A DNA stretch of 64,000 nucleotides from Stegostoma tigrinum (Eukaryota). The notes beneath the pieces are model-generated. The model saw only the letters and a list, made by a program, of their open reading frames with translations, searched no databases and was not told where the DNA came from. The stretch lies in the NCBI RefSeq assembly GCF_030684315.1, contig NC_081359.1, forward strand, positions 37,582,470 to 37,646,469. The letters are read 5' to 3'. The translations under genes were made by a program, and so were the position numbers. This document shows, piece by piece, positions 13,495-26,453 of this stretch; position 1 is the first letter of the stretch, and every line of letters starts with the position of its first letter.

Positions 13495-13997
13495 CTTTTG
13501 TGCTCCTGAGATGCTGCTTGGCCTGCTGTGTTCATCCAGCCTCACATTTTGTTGTCTTGGATTCTCCAGCATCTGCAGTTCGCATTATCTCTGCTACAAT
13601 AACCTGGTGTCGTGTGACTTTTAACTTTGTCTACCCCAGACCAACACCAGCATCTCCACATCATAGTTTGTATTCTGAGACTATGTCCTCTGTTCCTAGA
13701 TTCTCCCATGTGGAGATACATCACCCCAGCATCTACTTCTCATTCTTATAACTCCAATGAGTAGAGTCCTGACCTGTTTAGCCTTTATTCAAGACAATCC
13801 CTCCATACTGATGACCATCCCAGTAAATCTTCACTGAACTATTTCCAAAGAAATAATATCTTGCCTTAAATAAGGAAACCAAAACTGCTCACAGTACTCC
13901 AGATATGGTCTCTCCAGCACCTTCTACATTTGCAGTAAGACGTCCCTCTTCATATTCTTCGCCTCCCTTGAAGTAAGGACAAACATTCCATTAGCCT

Positions 13998-14216
13998 GAG
14001 CTAACAAGATGTAGAACTGGATGAACACAACCGGCCAAGCAGCATCAGAGGAGCAGGCAGGCTGACATTTTTTTTCTGAAATTTCTTCTGAAGAAGGGTC
14101 TAAGACTGAAACAACAGCCTTCCTGCTCCTCTGATGCTGCTTGGCTTGCTGTGTTCATCCAGCTCTACACCTTGCTATCTCAGATTCTCCAGTATCTATA
14201 GTTCCTACTATCTCTG
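13998..14216. mobile_element. Mini two-armed PLE hairpin
   Basis: Inverted pLTR ends; degenerate TSD attccattagcct (13985-13997) / attccataagcat (14217-14229); left arm tail-less, right arm tailed. Confidence 0.85.
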
Positions 14217-14519
14217 ATTCCATAAGCATTCCTGATTACCTGCGAGCTTTCTGGGTTCCATATGCAGGTCCACATGCCAAATCCTTTTGTGTTATAGCTT
14301 TGTGCAACTGTTCTGCATTTAAATAAGGCTTATGATAAAGATCAAATCAATATATTTGGGGAAATACAGCTTAAATTAAACTTAAACTAACTGAAGCATA
14401 AATATAACATATGCCTTATTAAATACAATATTAATTCAGGAGATTTTGTCTGCCCAGAGATTGGTTAGCCTGGAAACTTGCTTCTGCAGTTGAGGAGATG
14501 ATGTGTTTCAGGTGAACAG

Positions 14520-15840
14520 CAAACATACATTTCGGTTGAGTTAGAAATATACACAAAAGGGAAAGTTTTAGGAGGTTGATTGCAAAGTAGCAGGAGGCCA
14601 TACAGCCCAACAGTCTGCACGCTCTCTGCATTGAACAATCCAATTACGCTCTTCTCCAGCCATCTCACCTAGTGCTGCATAATATTTTCTTTTACATATG
14701 ACCACCTAGTTTCCATTTTAATGCTTCTGTTGAACCTGTCTCCACAACGTTCTCACACAGTGCATTCCATTCACTGACCACGTGCCTCATGAAAAGGTTT
14801 CTCATTATTTTTTGCTTCTCTTTGTGTTTGCTTCTCTTACAAACTCGCTCAAATCCTTGCCTGCTTATTCCCAGTCATTAGTGGGAACAATTCCTCTAAG
14901 CCCATTCTGTCCTAACTTCCTCAATCTTGGACCATTCACAAGGATACTTTCCTCAACCTCTTTATTCCCTCCACATCTTCTGTAAAGAATGACATTTAAA
15001 AGAATTGATAAAACTCTCGCTGAGACTGAAATTGTACCTCATGTAGGTTCAACACTACCTTCTTGTTCTTATGCTCCAGACCCCTAATAAAAAAAATACC
15101 CTCAGCAACTGTATGCTTAATCAACTGTTCTCTGAACCTGCACAACCATATTGAATGACTCGTTTATAAAAATACCAGACCCTTCTGCTTCTGCACTCCC
15201 TGACAAATTGATGTTTATTTTATTTCATTTCTCTCGAACAAGTAAATCACTTTGCATTTTTCTGCATTCAGTTTAGTTTGTCACTTATCCATCCAATCCA
15301 CCAAATTGTTTATGCTTTTTGGAATTACTATAATACCTTAGCTACAGCTTACAATGTTTTCAAATTTTGTATTATCAACAGATTTTGAAATTGTGCCCTA
15401 TGCCCTGTGGTCTGGGAGAAAAAAAAGCATTGTTCCCAATATTGACTCCTGAGGAAGTTGACAAGAATCCTTCTCCAGCGCTAGGAACATACAAAAAGCA
15501 TTACACATGTTTCTTGTCACTCAACAAACTTTGCATCCAAGTTGCTACTGTTCATTTTATTTCATGAATTCTACCTTTGCTCATGATGCTGTTGTGTAGC
15601 ATTGCATTAAATCCTTCACAGTCACTACATCAACATCATTGTCCTTCTCCATTGCTTTCCAAAACTAATAAGTAATAATACTTTCCAATAAGAAATACAT
15701 GCTAGCTTTCCTTAAGTAACCCACATTTGACAATGTGCTACTACCTTTTTTCTAAATTGTTATTTCCAGACGTTTCAAACCTTCTTAGTTAAACTGACTG
15801 GTTTGGAGCTGCTTAATATGTTCTTACCCTTTTTACAAAC
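14520..15840 (-). mobile_element. Heavily decayed CR1-like LINE fragments
   Basis: gcaggaggccatacagccc 3'UTR motif; tcactttgcatttttctgcattcagttt and gttaaactgactgg (RPVSL-like on minus) remnants. Confidence 0.5.
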
Positions 15841-15844
15841 AGAG

Positions 15845-16449
15845 TTCAATGATCCCTACTTACCAAACAAGTCGCATTCCAGAATTAAATCGTTATAGAT
15901 TATATGTTAAAATAGTTTGTTTAGTTTGTTAAATTGGTGGTTATTTACTGAAATACATTAACAGAAGGTTACAAATCATCTTTAACAACAGAACATAAGG
16001 TTATTGTGCAAAAGCTAGAAAATATCCAAACCATATGTATAACAAATCCATATATGTGTCAGAAAATCTTAAAACAGACATTAAAGAAAAGTTTCCCAAA
16101 ACCCTCCAGTGCACAGAATCAAATCCAGAGAAATATTAATCCAAATTCACCTCTAAGTTTCTACTCAGTTTCAACATCAAGACAAAACTCGGAGACAGTA
16201 ACAGGGAGAAATATACTGCAAGCTTTCAAACCCAGCCTTAAGACCCCAGAAACTGCTACTGAAAAACTAAAACTAATAATTCTGCTGCTGGGAGGCTGCA
16301 TCTATTGCTCCAACTATATAGAATTTAAAAAAGCCCCACAAGCTGTTTACTTTATTGCATTCAAATAGTTAACTCTATACCTCTGATTTAAAATCTCATT
16401 TCAAGAAAACAGGACAAAATATGCCTCATAGAACCATAGTATGGTCACA
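15845..16449. mobile_element. Probable solo LTR
   Basis: About 600 bp A-rich block with no ORF similarity, ending ...ggtcaca; no TSD confirmed. Confidence 0.35.
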
Positions 16450-19400
16450 ACCTTCAAGAGTCAGACTGGGTGTCATCTCTAGCAGAATGAAAGGGTTGTG
16501 TGAGATACATCATACAGTTTAAGCCTTTCAGAAATAATATCGGGATAACTTATAAAATAAGTTCTCGCCAAGTAGATTGTGCATTTGAATCCTCTGGAAA
16601 AGCATCTTTCTCCAGCATTGCAATGCTTTCCTTAGTCAATATTGGCACAACTCCCACCTTTATTCCTTTCCTGAACATATTGTATCCAGGAGTATTTATG
16701 GATTAAACAAACGCACTGCCCTTCTTTGTGTTAGTTCTCATTTATACTCACAACATAGTACTTGCAAAAAGCATTTTACCCATGTAACTCAATGATCTTA
16801 TATAAGGGTATATTTTCCATGGCAAACTCTCTGCCAGACTCTCCCCTCATACCGTATGTTGTAGCTTTTGCTTTACATTAGTATTTTTGTCAATTGCCCT
16901 GTTGAATACTAGACAAAAAGCTGCAACAAAATATGCATTTTTCAGCAATCTCATTACTTATTGGTGAAACTTGTTATTGCTAATAAACTTTCCCATATTA
17001 ATAAACCTTACTGCTACTAAGAAACTTAATAAATCCTGCAAATAATTAACATACCTTGGTGGTAGTATTTCCCCAGTGCCAGTTTGCAATATTTCACACA
17101 ATAAGAGAGAGAAAGAAATCTGAAAATTCAGCACCTACTAGTTTAACTGAACATTGACTTAATGCTTCTGGGCTTTAGCACTTCTGTCCTGCTTCTGGTC
17201 TCCAGATTTCTCTCTTGTCTGACTCATTTTATGTAGTAAGTGAGGACAGTGCCTCCTCCATTAGAGTACCAACTTCTTCACTCATGAAGATCTAAACTCA
17301 CATTATGTATCTTGCTGAAGTCAATCACAAGCTGCTCTCTTCCCATACACTTTGTGTACTTTGTGAAACCACCTACATTTATACTAATTTAAAAGCCTCG
17401 AGAAACTAGTACAAGCTAGTCTCCTAGTTAACTAACCATAGATGCGTCATCAGTAAGGAGTTTATGCATGATTTGGACTGACAGGGTCTAAACTTTAATA
17501 ACAAATCATAATTAAATGTTAAATGCAAATTGGATTAGATGTAAGAGATAAGTTAATGTTCACTCAGTTGCCAAATTCCATATTTTATGTACTGTTGCAC
17601 TCAATGACAAGCCGCTCCCTTCGCACTCACTAAGTTAAGTGTTGCAGGATGCCTCCGCAGAATATAAACACTGGCACAGTGACTTATCTACCTTACTTCT
17701 GTGCTGCATATTCTACACATTTCTACATAATACCAAAAAGACTTTACAATGAATACTTGGAGATGGCCTTGGTATTTCATGTCAGTTGTGCCCAATGTTT
17801 GCTGGTGGTCTTGAGAAAAAAATGATTAGTTCCCTTTGCTTGTGCCCATGAATATATATGCCAATTTTGATCAAGTTTATAAATGGAGGACCCAAGCATT
17901 AATATTTTAGTATGAATATTATCACAGCGTTATTACTTTCTTTGAATTTAATTTTATGAGCATTTTGCAAATTTATAAGCCCCTGATTATGGACCTTCAA
18001 GCACATATTCAGCCCTTATAGTTTTAATGAGTATATGAGCTAAAAAAAAGTTAGAGGAAAATTATTTTAGGTACATGTAAGTATAAACATAAATTTGAAA
18101 TCTACATTATGTTTCTGATCAGTGTTAATTATATATAATTTAATGTTTCAACTTTTAATTTCTCCTACATTCTTTAAATTTAAGTACTTTGCCTGCTTTC
18201 ACGATACTTGAACACATCAAAATTAAATAACAATTTAGGGGCCACTGGACTTCCATCATTAGTTTGCGTTTTGTGGGGGAAAATGGTAAAATATCTAGTG
18301 GCTGTTTGGGAATCAGTTCATACTCTGTTGCAAAAGTAGGGTGCTGGATGTGGAAGTAGCATAAGAAATACATGAGCACCGAAATAATTTTAGGAATTCA
18401 CAATGGAAATGATGAAATCGTTTTATTTTAATTGTTACATGGAGAATAATTATTAGACATATTGAATAATAATTTTTCCTATTTTGGCAGTTTCATTACA
18501 GACAAAACAGGCTAATGTTGCTGTCATATACAATATGTTTAAAGTATTACATTTGTTTGTTTATCTTGTAAATGTCGCTAGAATTTCCTCAATGAATCCA
18601 TTGACAAAATGTATAACAACAAGGGTATTATACTATGTAACATAAAATGCATTGCCAGGGTAATTGACTTAGAAAACTTGAGTAAGGAAATAATGTTTTG
18701 CTAACAAACTGTGCCTCATTTTCACCAATGATTTGAGGATTAAGCTTGTTTACGAAGGGAATAGAAAAGACTATTGATGAGTTGGACAACTGTGGCTATG
18801 GTTTACTTTATACAGATCCAAAGAAAGATGCAAAAGTGGATTGAAAATGTCAAGTGAAATAAGTTGGAACGTGATTTTAATAATTTTCAGCTTGAATGAT
18901 GAATTAGGTGGTTATTGTTTGAATTATGAAAAATCAATGATATTGGCTGAAGTGTTTCAACTCAGTAGAAAAGAAATGGTGTGCATTAGTCACCTAGCTG
19001 ATAACAGCTCATAAAATTGTGGCAGAGCAGACTTCATTGGCTGAATGACCTGCTTCTTCTGCTCCCACATCTTATGGTTTACTTGTAGACTTGTCGGTGA
19101 AGATTTCCTGTAATGTGATGTGAGTGGTGATACTATTGCTGATGATGAGGATGGGGTGATGTTTGGATGGATGAGAGAAGGGGGAAAAGAATGAGATGTC
19201 TAGACTGAGATGGTGCCAGAGGAAGAAAGAGAGGAATGCTGACTTGTTTTATATTAGAGAAAATTTAATGGACAAGGGCAGATCTTTTCTGCAATTATAC
19301 TCGTATTAGGGACAAATCCATTGATAGGACTGCCACAAAGCACAAAGTATCTTTGACAGCAACTCCTAGATTTCTGTGTTTATGGACGTGGTTATTCCAG

Positions 19401-19699
19401 AAGTGCCTGACTCCTTTCATTGTAGCATTTCTCGTCTCAGTGATATCCTCACTGCATATTCTGCGCTGTTGCTTTATTGTCCATGACAGCTGAAGAAATA
19501 GCTGAATATATGTTTGTCTAAGCATCATCTTTTGTCTCTGTGTCACCCTTTACTAGCGTTCTTCCTTTCCAAACTAAAATGAAACAGTTCGATAAACCGT
19601 AGCTCTAAAATAAGCTACTTCTGCTACAGTTGTTTGGGAGAGTAACTTATTCTGCTTTAGTCTGAGAAAAGGCCATAATACAGATCAAGGTTATTCAAA

Positions 19700-20495
19700 A
19701 CAAGGGCTAAAGTATGAGCTGAACCGAGCCAGACCCCATCCACTCTGACCACTTTTCTTTTCACTTTCCTTGTTTTCCTTTCTATTTTCATTGGCTTACT
19801 TGTGCATAGGTGGCATCGGCGGCAGCAAAAGCCCAGTGTGGATCTTGAGTGAGGTCAGCACGGATGTTGAGTGAACCCAGCATGGGCCTCAAGTGGGCCC
19901 AGTGCAGACTTGAGTGAGCTTTTCCTTACTTTTCCAGGTCGAAGATGGGACCTGGCATTGGAATTGGCGGATGCTCCATCGGCAGAGATGATGTCGGCGA
20001 GGTAGGCTCAGCAGCTAAAGATGGTGCCTGACAATCAGCAACTTCATTGCTAGTTGGGTCCAGTGCAGGTGATGGTGAAGCAGTGGCAGAAAAGAATCAG
20101 ACTGACATTGAGGTAGGCCCAGTAGAGAGTGTCTGATGTTGGTGGGTCCAACATAGGCAGCAGTGAGGCGGTGGTGGAGAAAAATCAGCCTAGTGGTAAA
20201 AAATGACATCTGAGGATTGGCAGCTTTGAACAATGGTTGAATCTAATGTTGAAAGCAGTGAGGTGGTGGAAGGTGGATGCTGGAGCTGGTATCGTTGATA
20301 ATGATGAATTGGCTCAGAAGTGAAGGGCTCTCTTTAAGCTTTACTTTCCCATTTTTTTCTTTTTCTTAAATTATTCAAAATAACACTAGTTGGAATGACA
20401 TTGGAAAAGCTTTTGACTATATTTTACAGTTTTTTTCTCACCGTAAAACACATATGGCAGTAATATTATTTGCTCGCTCACTCACGCACTCATTC
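19700..20495 (+). mobile_element. Unclassified retroposon with internal ~21-bp repeats and a LINE-like tail
   Basis: Four degenerate ccagtgtggatcttgagtgag units at 19832-19919; tail aaagcttttgactatatt...catatggcagtaataa followed by (ctca)n. Confidence 0.35.
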
Positions 20496-20661
20496 CAATT
20501 AAGCAGTAATCATTTTGAACTTCAGGTGTTAGAGAAGGTCATTGAGGATGAACAGCAATAGGTGAATAACATTTGCTAGAATCTGCAGTAGGTGCAGTGC
20601 TTTACTCTATCCTCCAAGCTTACAGGGAATTCAGAACTGGTAGGCAGTTACAAAAGTCGTG

Positions 20662-20778
20662 GAGAAGGTCTTGACCTGAAATGTCAGCTTTTCTGCTCCT
20701 CTGATGCTGCCTGGCCTGCATCCGGCTCTACACCTTGTTATCTCAGATTCTACGGCATCAGCAGTTCCTACTATTTCT
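20662..20778 (+). mobile_element. Solo tailed PLE family A 3' end
   Basis: gaaggtcttgacctgaaatgtcagc...gcagttcctactatttct. Confidence 0.8.
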
Positions 20779-20805
20779 GTCAAGTCTGTTATTCCATCTG
20801 CTGAG

Positions 20806-20985
20806 ATTAAACAAAAAAAATCTGCCAATGTTGGATATCCAAATCAAAGAAAGATTGAAACTCTGAACGAACTCAACAGGCCTGGCAACACTTGTGGGGA
20901 AAAGGATAGAGTTAACATTAACTGTGTTTTGTCTCCATATATGTAGCCAGACCTACTGTGCCTCTTTAGCTGGTTTTGTTCGATC
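20806..20985. mobile_element. Old inverted pair of PLE family C-like 3' ends
   Basis: actcaacaggcctggcaacacttgtggggaaaaggatagagttaac followed by ttaactgtgttttgtctccatatatgtagccagacctactgtg. Confidence 0.5.
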
Positions 20986-22799
20986 TACTCATCTGTTTTG
21001 CACAAAGACCACTAGGATTGACTGCGTACTCTTAATTCTGTCAGTCAGAATTCAGAACTTGAGCATCTAATCCTGGTTGATTCGATGGCCAAGAAAATGG
21101 AATGGAGGCAGACTAAGTAGATAAATAAATAGTTTAAATCTTATTGTCAGAGATCTGCAAGCTCCTCAGTGGAGGATGGGGAATGGGAGCAGGGGGTGTT
21201 GTTTAAGGAGATATTTGACGGTGAGGAAAAAAAGCATTGAGAAGTATTTTTGTACTAAAATCAGATCCTAATATAGTGAGCAATTTTGACAGAAGAACTG
21301 GGCTTTTTAGTGCTTGGTGACTCACCATCACTATCTTTTTACACCTTCTACCATCATTCCTTGCATTTATTCCTTTTATCCTTTACTCCTTTTCTTCAGT
21401 TGTGTTTTAAAGTAAGTTCTGAAACAAGTGAAATCTTAAAACATTTTTTTCCTATTCCTTTAGAAATTATCCAAGTATCTCCAATATTTTATGTTTTTTT
21501 TAATTGAGCTGCCCTGTATTTACAGGTACCTTGTTTGGAAGATTTTCTCAATGACATCCTGGGGAAGGATTTATGGTAGACTTTTTAGTATTAAACAGCA
21601 GACACAATGGAATTTTTATTTATGCAACCCTAGAACTGGACAGATTTATGGCGTTTGATATTGTTTGTTGTCAATTTGCAGAGGACATATGGATATGCTG
21701 AAAGTGGAGATATTGGAAATAAGAAAGACAACTGTATTTATATGTGTGAAGCATCAATTAATATTTTACCAGCACAGCCCTTGGTAATGCAAAAATGCAT
21801 GTCAGCAACAAATATTTGTAAATTTAAGAATTAACAGATGTCTAAACAATGAAATTAATTGATTAGAAAAATCTCCATTCACAGAATCCAGAACAGTTAT
21901 GTTATAAAGTATATATTTGCAATGGTCACTAAATGCAAAACAACAGGACCAATAATTAACTTTCGTACAGATCAATCGGGAATCTGACCCCTCTTAGCAA
22001 TGCATTAGAAGCCCTTTGCTGATTTTATTTCACAAATAATATTTGTTTGTCCATTACTTTTAATGCAGATATTAACTCATTTAACTATTAAGGACCTAAA
22101 TTTAACCGACAGACTGATTATGAAATCTGACGACAGCAAAAAGCACTAGTCGATAGTGGAGTCAGAGCTCTTTACCACAACCAAATTGGATTAAAAAACT
22201 TTAGGGAGATTTTAGTCTCTATTTAGTGCTTTCAGATCATTTACCCAAGAGCTGCACTGCTTTACTGACTAGGTATGTATAGAAAGTTTTTTTTATGAAT
22301 AAACTATATTTTTGAAATAAAAGTTGCACAAAGGCAGGAGGAAACCTAATTACGTAAAACTGATCTTTAAAAATAGCCACCTGCTTTTTCAATTTCTGTC
22401 CTGTGGTTGGAACTGTGGTGTGAATTGAGGGTAGGTCAAATTTTAAAATTAAAGGTTACAGTATAAACTAACTCTCCTGCTCTCATTACATCAATCCACT
22501 TTGTCTGTACCTGCATCCATACCCACTCCTGCCCTGTACACATACCCAAGCTCCTGCCACGCGCTCTGAGCTAACTTAATGCCCTGTACCCACACCTGTG
22601 GTCGATCACACACTATGCCACCCAATGCCCATTTACCCATGTCCGTAGATGTACATCATTCTCGTGCCCCCATGGCCCTCTTTAGCCACATGCTAACTCA
22701 TGCTGTGCCCTCACCCCCACCCACCCACCCACTACCATTTGCTTTTTCCTCCATTCTAACTGTCCTACTGTCCAACATGGGCAAATCTCAGGAGGCATC

Positions 22800-25720
22800 T
22801 TGACAGAAATGAGGTTGTGCCTGCTGATGATTTCACTATTGATACAAACCGCCTTCAATACATTGAAATTGGGGAAGGTTACTTGAAATGATGATTGTGA
22901 ATAGGCAATGGAAAACATTTCCAGAGTAAATTCATCAATTGTTCATTCCTGTCTGGAATAAAACTAAAATGATGAGATGGCTTTACCATGACTTACACAG
23001 GAAATTAGGGATAGTATTGGATCCAAGGAAGGAGTATGGAAACTGGCCAAAAATAACAGACCTGAGATTTGAGAATATCTTAGATTTCAGCAAAACAGAG
23101 TATGAGAATGAATTTTTGGAGAACATACAAACTGGTTGTCAAAATGGCTATAAGTATGCGAAGAGAAAATTATTACTGAACTTAAATATAGGTACCTAAC
23201 ATTCAGAAACAGGGGAACTTATAATGGAGAGCCAAGAGATCACAGACCAATTATCTACATAGTGTAGCTCTCTCTTCACAAAGGAGATATAATTAATGTT
23301 CCAAAAATGTTAGGGGACACAAGTTCTAATGAAAGAGGGGAACTAAAGGAAATCAGTATAAAGAGATTTGGCTTTGGAGAAATTGTTGGGATTGAAGGTC
23401 AATAATTCTCAGGGGCTGGTAATCTGCATCCCAGAGTACTTAAGGAAGTGGCTGTAGAAATGGTGAAGCATTGGTGATCATCTTTAAAGATTCTATAGAT
23501 TTGGGATGAGTTCCTATATACTGGAGGGTTGCTAAAGTCACCTCACTATTTAAAAAAGGATGTCAAGAGAAAACAAGGAACTTGATGAGAGGCATGGATA
23601 GGGAGAATTGTGGCATTCTTTTGCCTAGGGTTGAAAGATCAAATACTCAGGGCATGGGTTTAAAGTAAGAGAGGAAAAGCTTAAAGGAGAATGTGCGAGG
23701 CACTTTTTTTTGTGGAGAGGGCGATAGGTGCCTCAAATGTGCTGCCAGGAAAAGTAGTAGAAGCAGATATAATGACAGTGTTCAAAAGGCACATAGACAG
23801 ACACATGGACAAGCAGGGTACAGAGGAACATGAGTTAGCTGTAGACAGATGAGATTAGTTTAGAAATGCATCATTATCAGCACAGACATGGCGGGCTGAA
23901 GGTCCTGTTCCTGCACTGTAATGTTCTATGTAGTGTAGACTGATGAGCCTGACACCACTAGTAGGGAAATTGCTAATCTCGTAAAAGATTTAATGGAAAG
24001 CAGTGACTGAGTCAGCACAGATATGTGACAGTAAAGCCATGCTTGACAAATCTACTAGAATTCTTTGAGGATGTAGATAGCTGAGTAAGGGGAAGCCAGT
24101 GAATGTGGTTTAACTGGACTTTCATAAGGCTTTTGAAAAGGTCCCACATAAGAGATTTGTATGTTAAATTCAAGTATGTGAGATGAGGGCAGTGCACTGA
24201 CATGAATGAACAGGAAACAGAGCAACAATTAAGCAATCTTTATCCAAGTGGTAGCCAATGACTAGTAGGGTACCTCAGGGATGAGTGCTTGGACCCCAGC
24301 TATTTGCAATATTATTAATGATTTAGATGAAGGAACTAAGTGTGGTAGCTTCAAATATGCAAACAACACAAAGCTGGATGGGAAGTTGAGTTGTGAGGAA
24401 AATGCAGAGATGCTTCAGTGTGCTTTGGCCAAAGTTGAGTGAATGGGAAAATATATGGCAGATAATGTACAACGGGGTTAAGGGTGTGGTCATCCACTTG
24501 GGCCGCAACAACTGGAAAGCAAATTATTAGCTGAATGCTGACTGATCGGGAAAGGGGAAGGTGAAATGAGACCTGAATGTTCTTGAACACCTGCTGAAAG
24601 TAAAATGCAGGTGCAGAAGGCATGTGGTACATTAATCTTCATATTGATAGGACTTAGAGGAGAGGTGAAGGCCTAGTGTTACTACTAGTCTATATCAATC
24701 AAAAACTGCATAGACTGTAAGCACCTGGGTTCAAATCCCACCATAGCGTTGGTGAAATTTGAATCTGATAAAGAATCTCAAGGAATTAAGTGTCTAACGA
24801 TAATGGTGAGACCATTGTCAGTCAACCCAATCTGGTTCATCTTTCTTAAAGGGAGAGAAAACTATCATCATTACCTGGACCATCATACTTGTGATGCCAA
24901 ACTCACAGCAGTATGGTTAACTTTTAACGGGAAATTCACACAAAAAATGCTGACCTAACCAGTGACACCCACAACCCATGAGAGAATTAAAACAAAAGAT
25001 TTGAAAACAGGAGCAATTTTGCCGCAATTTTACAGAGCTCTGATGAGACCACACACAACACATTTTGTCCAAATTTGGTTTCCTTATGTAAGGAAGGCTG
25101 TTTTGTCTGTAGAGTGTGTGTAACAAAAATTAACCAGTGTGCTTCCTGAAATGGCAAGACTGATGTATGAAGAAAAATTAGATTGGTTAGGCCTATTTTG
25201 ATTGGCGTTTAGAAAAATAAGGGTTTTTTCATAGAAATCGATAGAATTTTAACAGGACTAGGAAGGGCAAATGTGGGAATGATGTTCTCAATGGCTACAA
25301 GAGGAGGTCAAAGACTAAGAATCCCGTGCCTGGTAATTCACCTTGTGACTCCCTGAAGCTTATCCATCATTGACAACGTATAAGTCAGAAGTGTGATGGC
25401 ATACTCTCCACTCAGCTGTTTGAGTGCAACTCCAACAACGCTCAAAAGTCTCAAACGGTCTTTTTCCTAGGACAGGCGAGTGTAACACTGGAGGGGCATA
25501 GGTTTAAGGTGAGAAGGGAAGGATTCAAAATGGACCAAAAGGTCAACTTTTCACACAGAGGGTGATGTGTGTATGGAATGAGCTGCCAGAGGAAGTGATG
25601 GAGGCTGGTATAATTACAACAGTTAAAAGGCATCTGAATGGGTACATAAATAGAAAGGCTTTAGCGGGATATGGGCCAAATGCTGGCAAATGGGACCATT
25701 TAATTTAAGAACAGTTGGAC
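22800..25720 (+). mobile_element. Cluster of decayed CR1 LINE RT pieces, with a nested CR1 3' end (23581-23930) and a SINE
   Basis: LFKKG, LDFHKAFEKVPHKR, TSRVPQG-VLGPQLF motifs; 3'UTR gggctgaaggtcctgttcctgcactgtaatgttctatg. Confidence 0.75.
24661..24990 (+). mobile_element. tRNA-headed bipartite SINE
   Basis: ggcctagtg A-box-like, B box GTTCAAATC at 24729-24737, head shared with 59064-59372, tail aatgctgacctaaccagtgacacccacaacccatgag. Confidence 0.75.
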
Positions 25721-26051
25721 AGACAAAGAAGTGGATAATTATCTGGCTAGGAGGGTGAATAGCTGTTAATGAAGACTGTTTTAACAATGGGTTGTGTGTA
25801 ATAGCCAACTATGAGTTAACAAAGCTTAATGTATGGGAGTCAAAATGAAGACATGGGAGACCTCAAGCCCTAAAGTTATTGAGCTTGATATTGAGTCCAC
25901 AGGGCTGCCAGGTCCCCAAGTGGAAAATGAAATGCAGCTCTTCCAGCTTGCACTGAAACTCATTGGAGCAACACAGCAAGCCTGAGACATGGGTATTCAC
26001 CAGGAAACAGACTGATGTGTTGAAGTGGCCAGCAACTGGAAGCTCAGGGAC
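25720..26051 (-). mobile_element. PLE family C GIY-YIG C-terminal fragment
   Basis: Minus strand reads PELPVAGHFN...FIFHLGTWQPCGLNIKLNNFRA*. Confidence 0.75.
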
Positions 26052-26059
26052 TTAGTTGG

Positions 26060-26453
26060 CATGTTATCCACCGCCTTCAATTTTTTTTCTTTTTACCACC
26101 ATTGCACAGCTGCAGTGTGCATCATCTGCAAGGTACTTTGCAGTAACTCACCAAGATTCCTATGATATCACCTTCTGAACTTGTGCCCTCTATCACCTAG
26201 AAATACAAAGACAGCAAATGCATGGAAACACTCCAATAAACTCATCAAACTCTCGCCAACTTTGCCATTCCTTCATTTGTCACTGGGTCAAAATCCTGCA
26301 ACTCCCTTTGTAATAGCATTGCGGGTGTATCTACATCACAGGGATTGAAGTGGTTCAGGAAGGTGGCTCACTCCAATATTTTCAAGCATAACTAAGGATG
26401 GAGAAAGAATAGTGGCCCAGGCAAGATGCCATACCTCATGAAGAACAAAAAAT
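26060..26453 (+). mobile_element. 3' fragment of the tRNA-headed LINE family
   Basis: gcagtgtgcatcatctgcaag...cactgggtcaaaatcctgcaactccc...A-rich end. Confidence 0.7.

Larger units (their letters stand above)
10715..13593. mobile_element. Two-armed Neptune-like PLE insertion, family A (left arm minus, 2.1 kb, tail-less; right arm plus, 0.8 kb, tailed)
   Basis: 15-bp TSD ctacaataacctggt at 10700-10714 and 13594-13608; GGTT microhomology at the junction 12789-12792. Confidence 0.95.
10141..13664 (+). mobile_element. PLE family B 3' end (10141-10714 and 13609-13664), split by a family A insertion
   Basis: ORF end LIAKFCTHEDVLKHDLGFMSCYS*; hammerhead-like CTGATGA-A-GGAGC agc GCTCC-(A)AAA at 10650-10674; sequence resumes after the TSD. 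Confidence 0.75.
9864..14330 (-). mobile_element. CR1 LINE 3' fragment interrupted by nested PLEs (pieces 9864-10140, 13665-13997, 14217-14330)
   Basis: accataagaccata tail repeat and aagaaattcctcctcatctcag resume collinearly as tattctgagactatgtcctctg after the insertions. Confidence 0.7.

Noticed and set aside
10715-13593. Assembly fold-back artefact
   Set aside because: The arms differ at scattered positions, have unequal ends, and are bounded by a perfect 15-bp TSD in a collinear host repeat.
19832-19919. CRISPR-like repeat array
   Set aside because: Units are adjacent and degenerate with no unique spacers or cas genes, in eukaryotic context.
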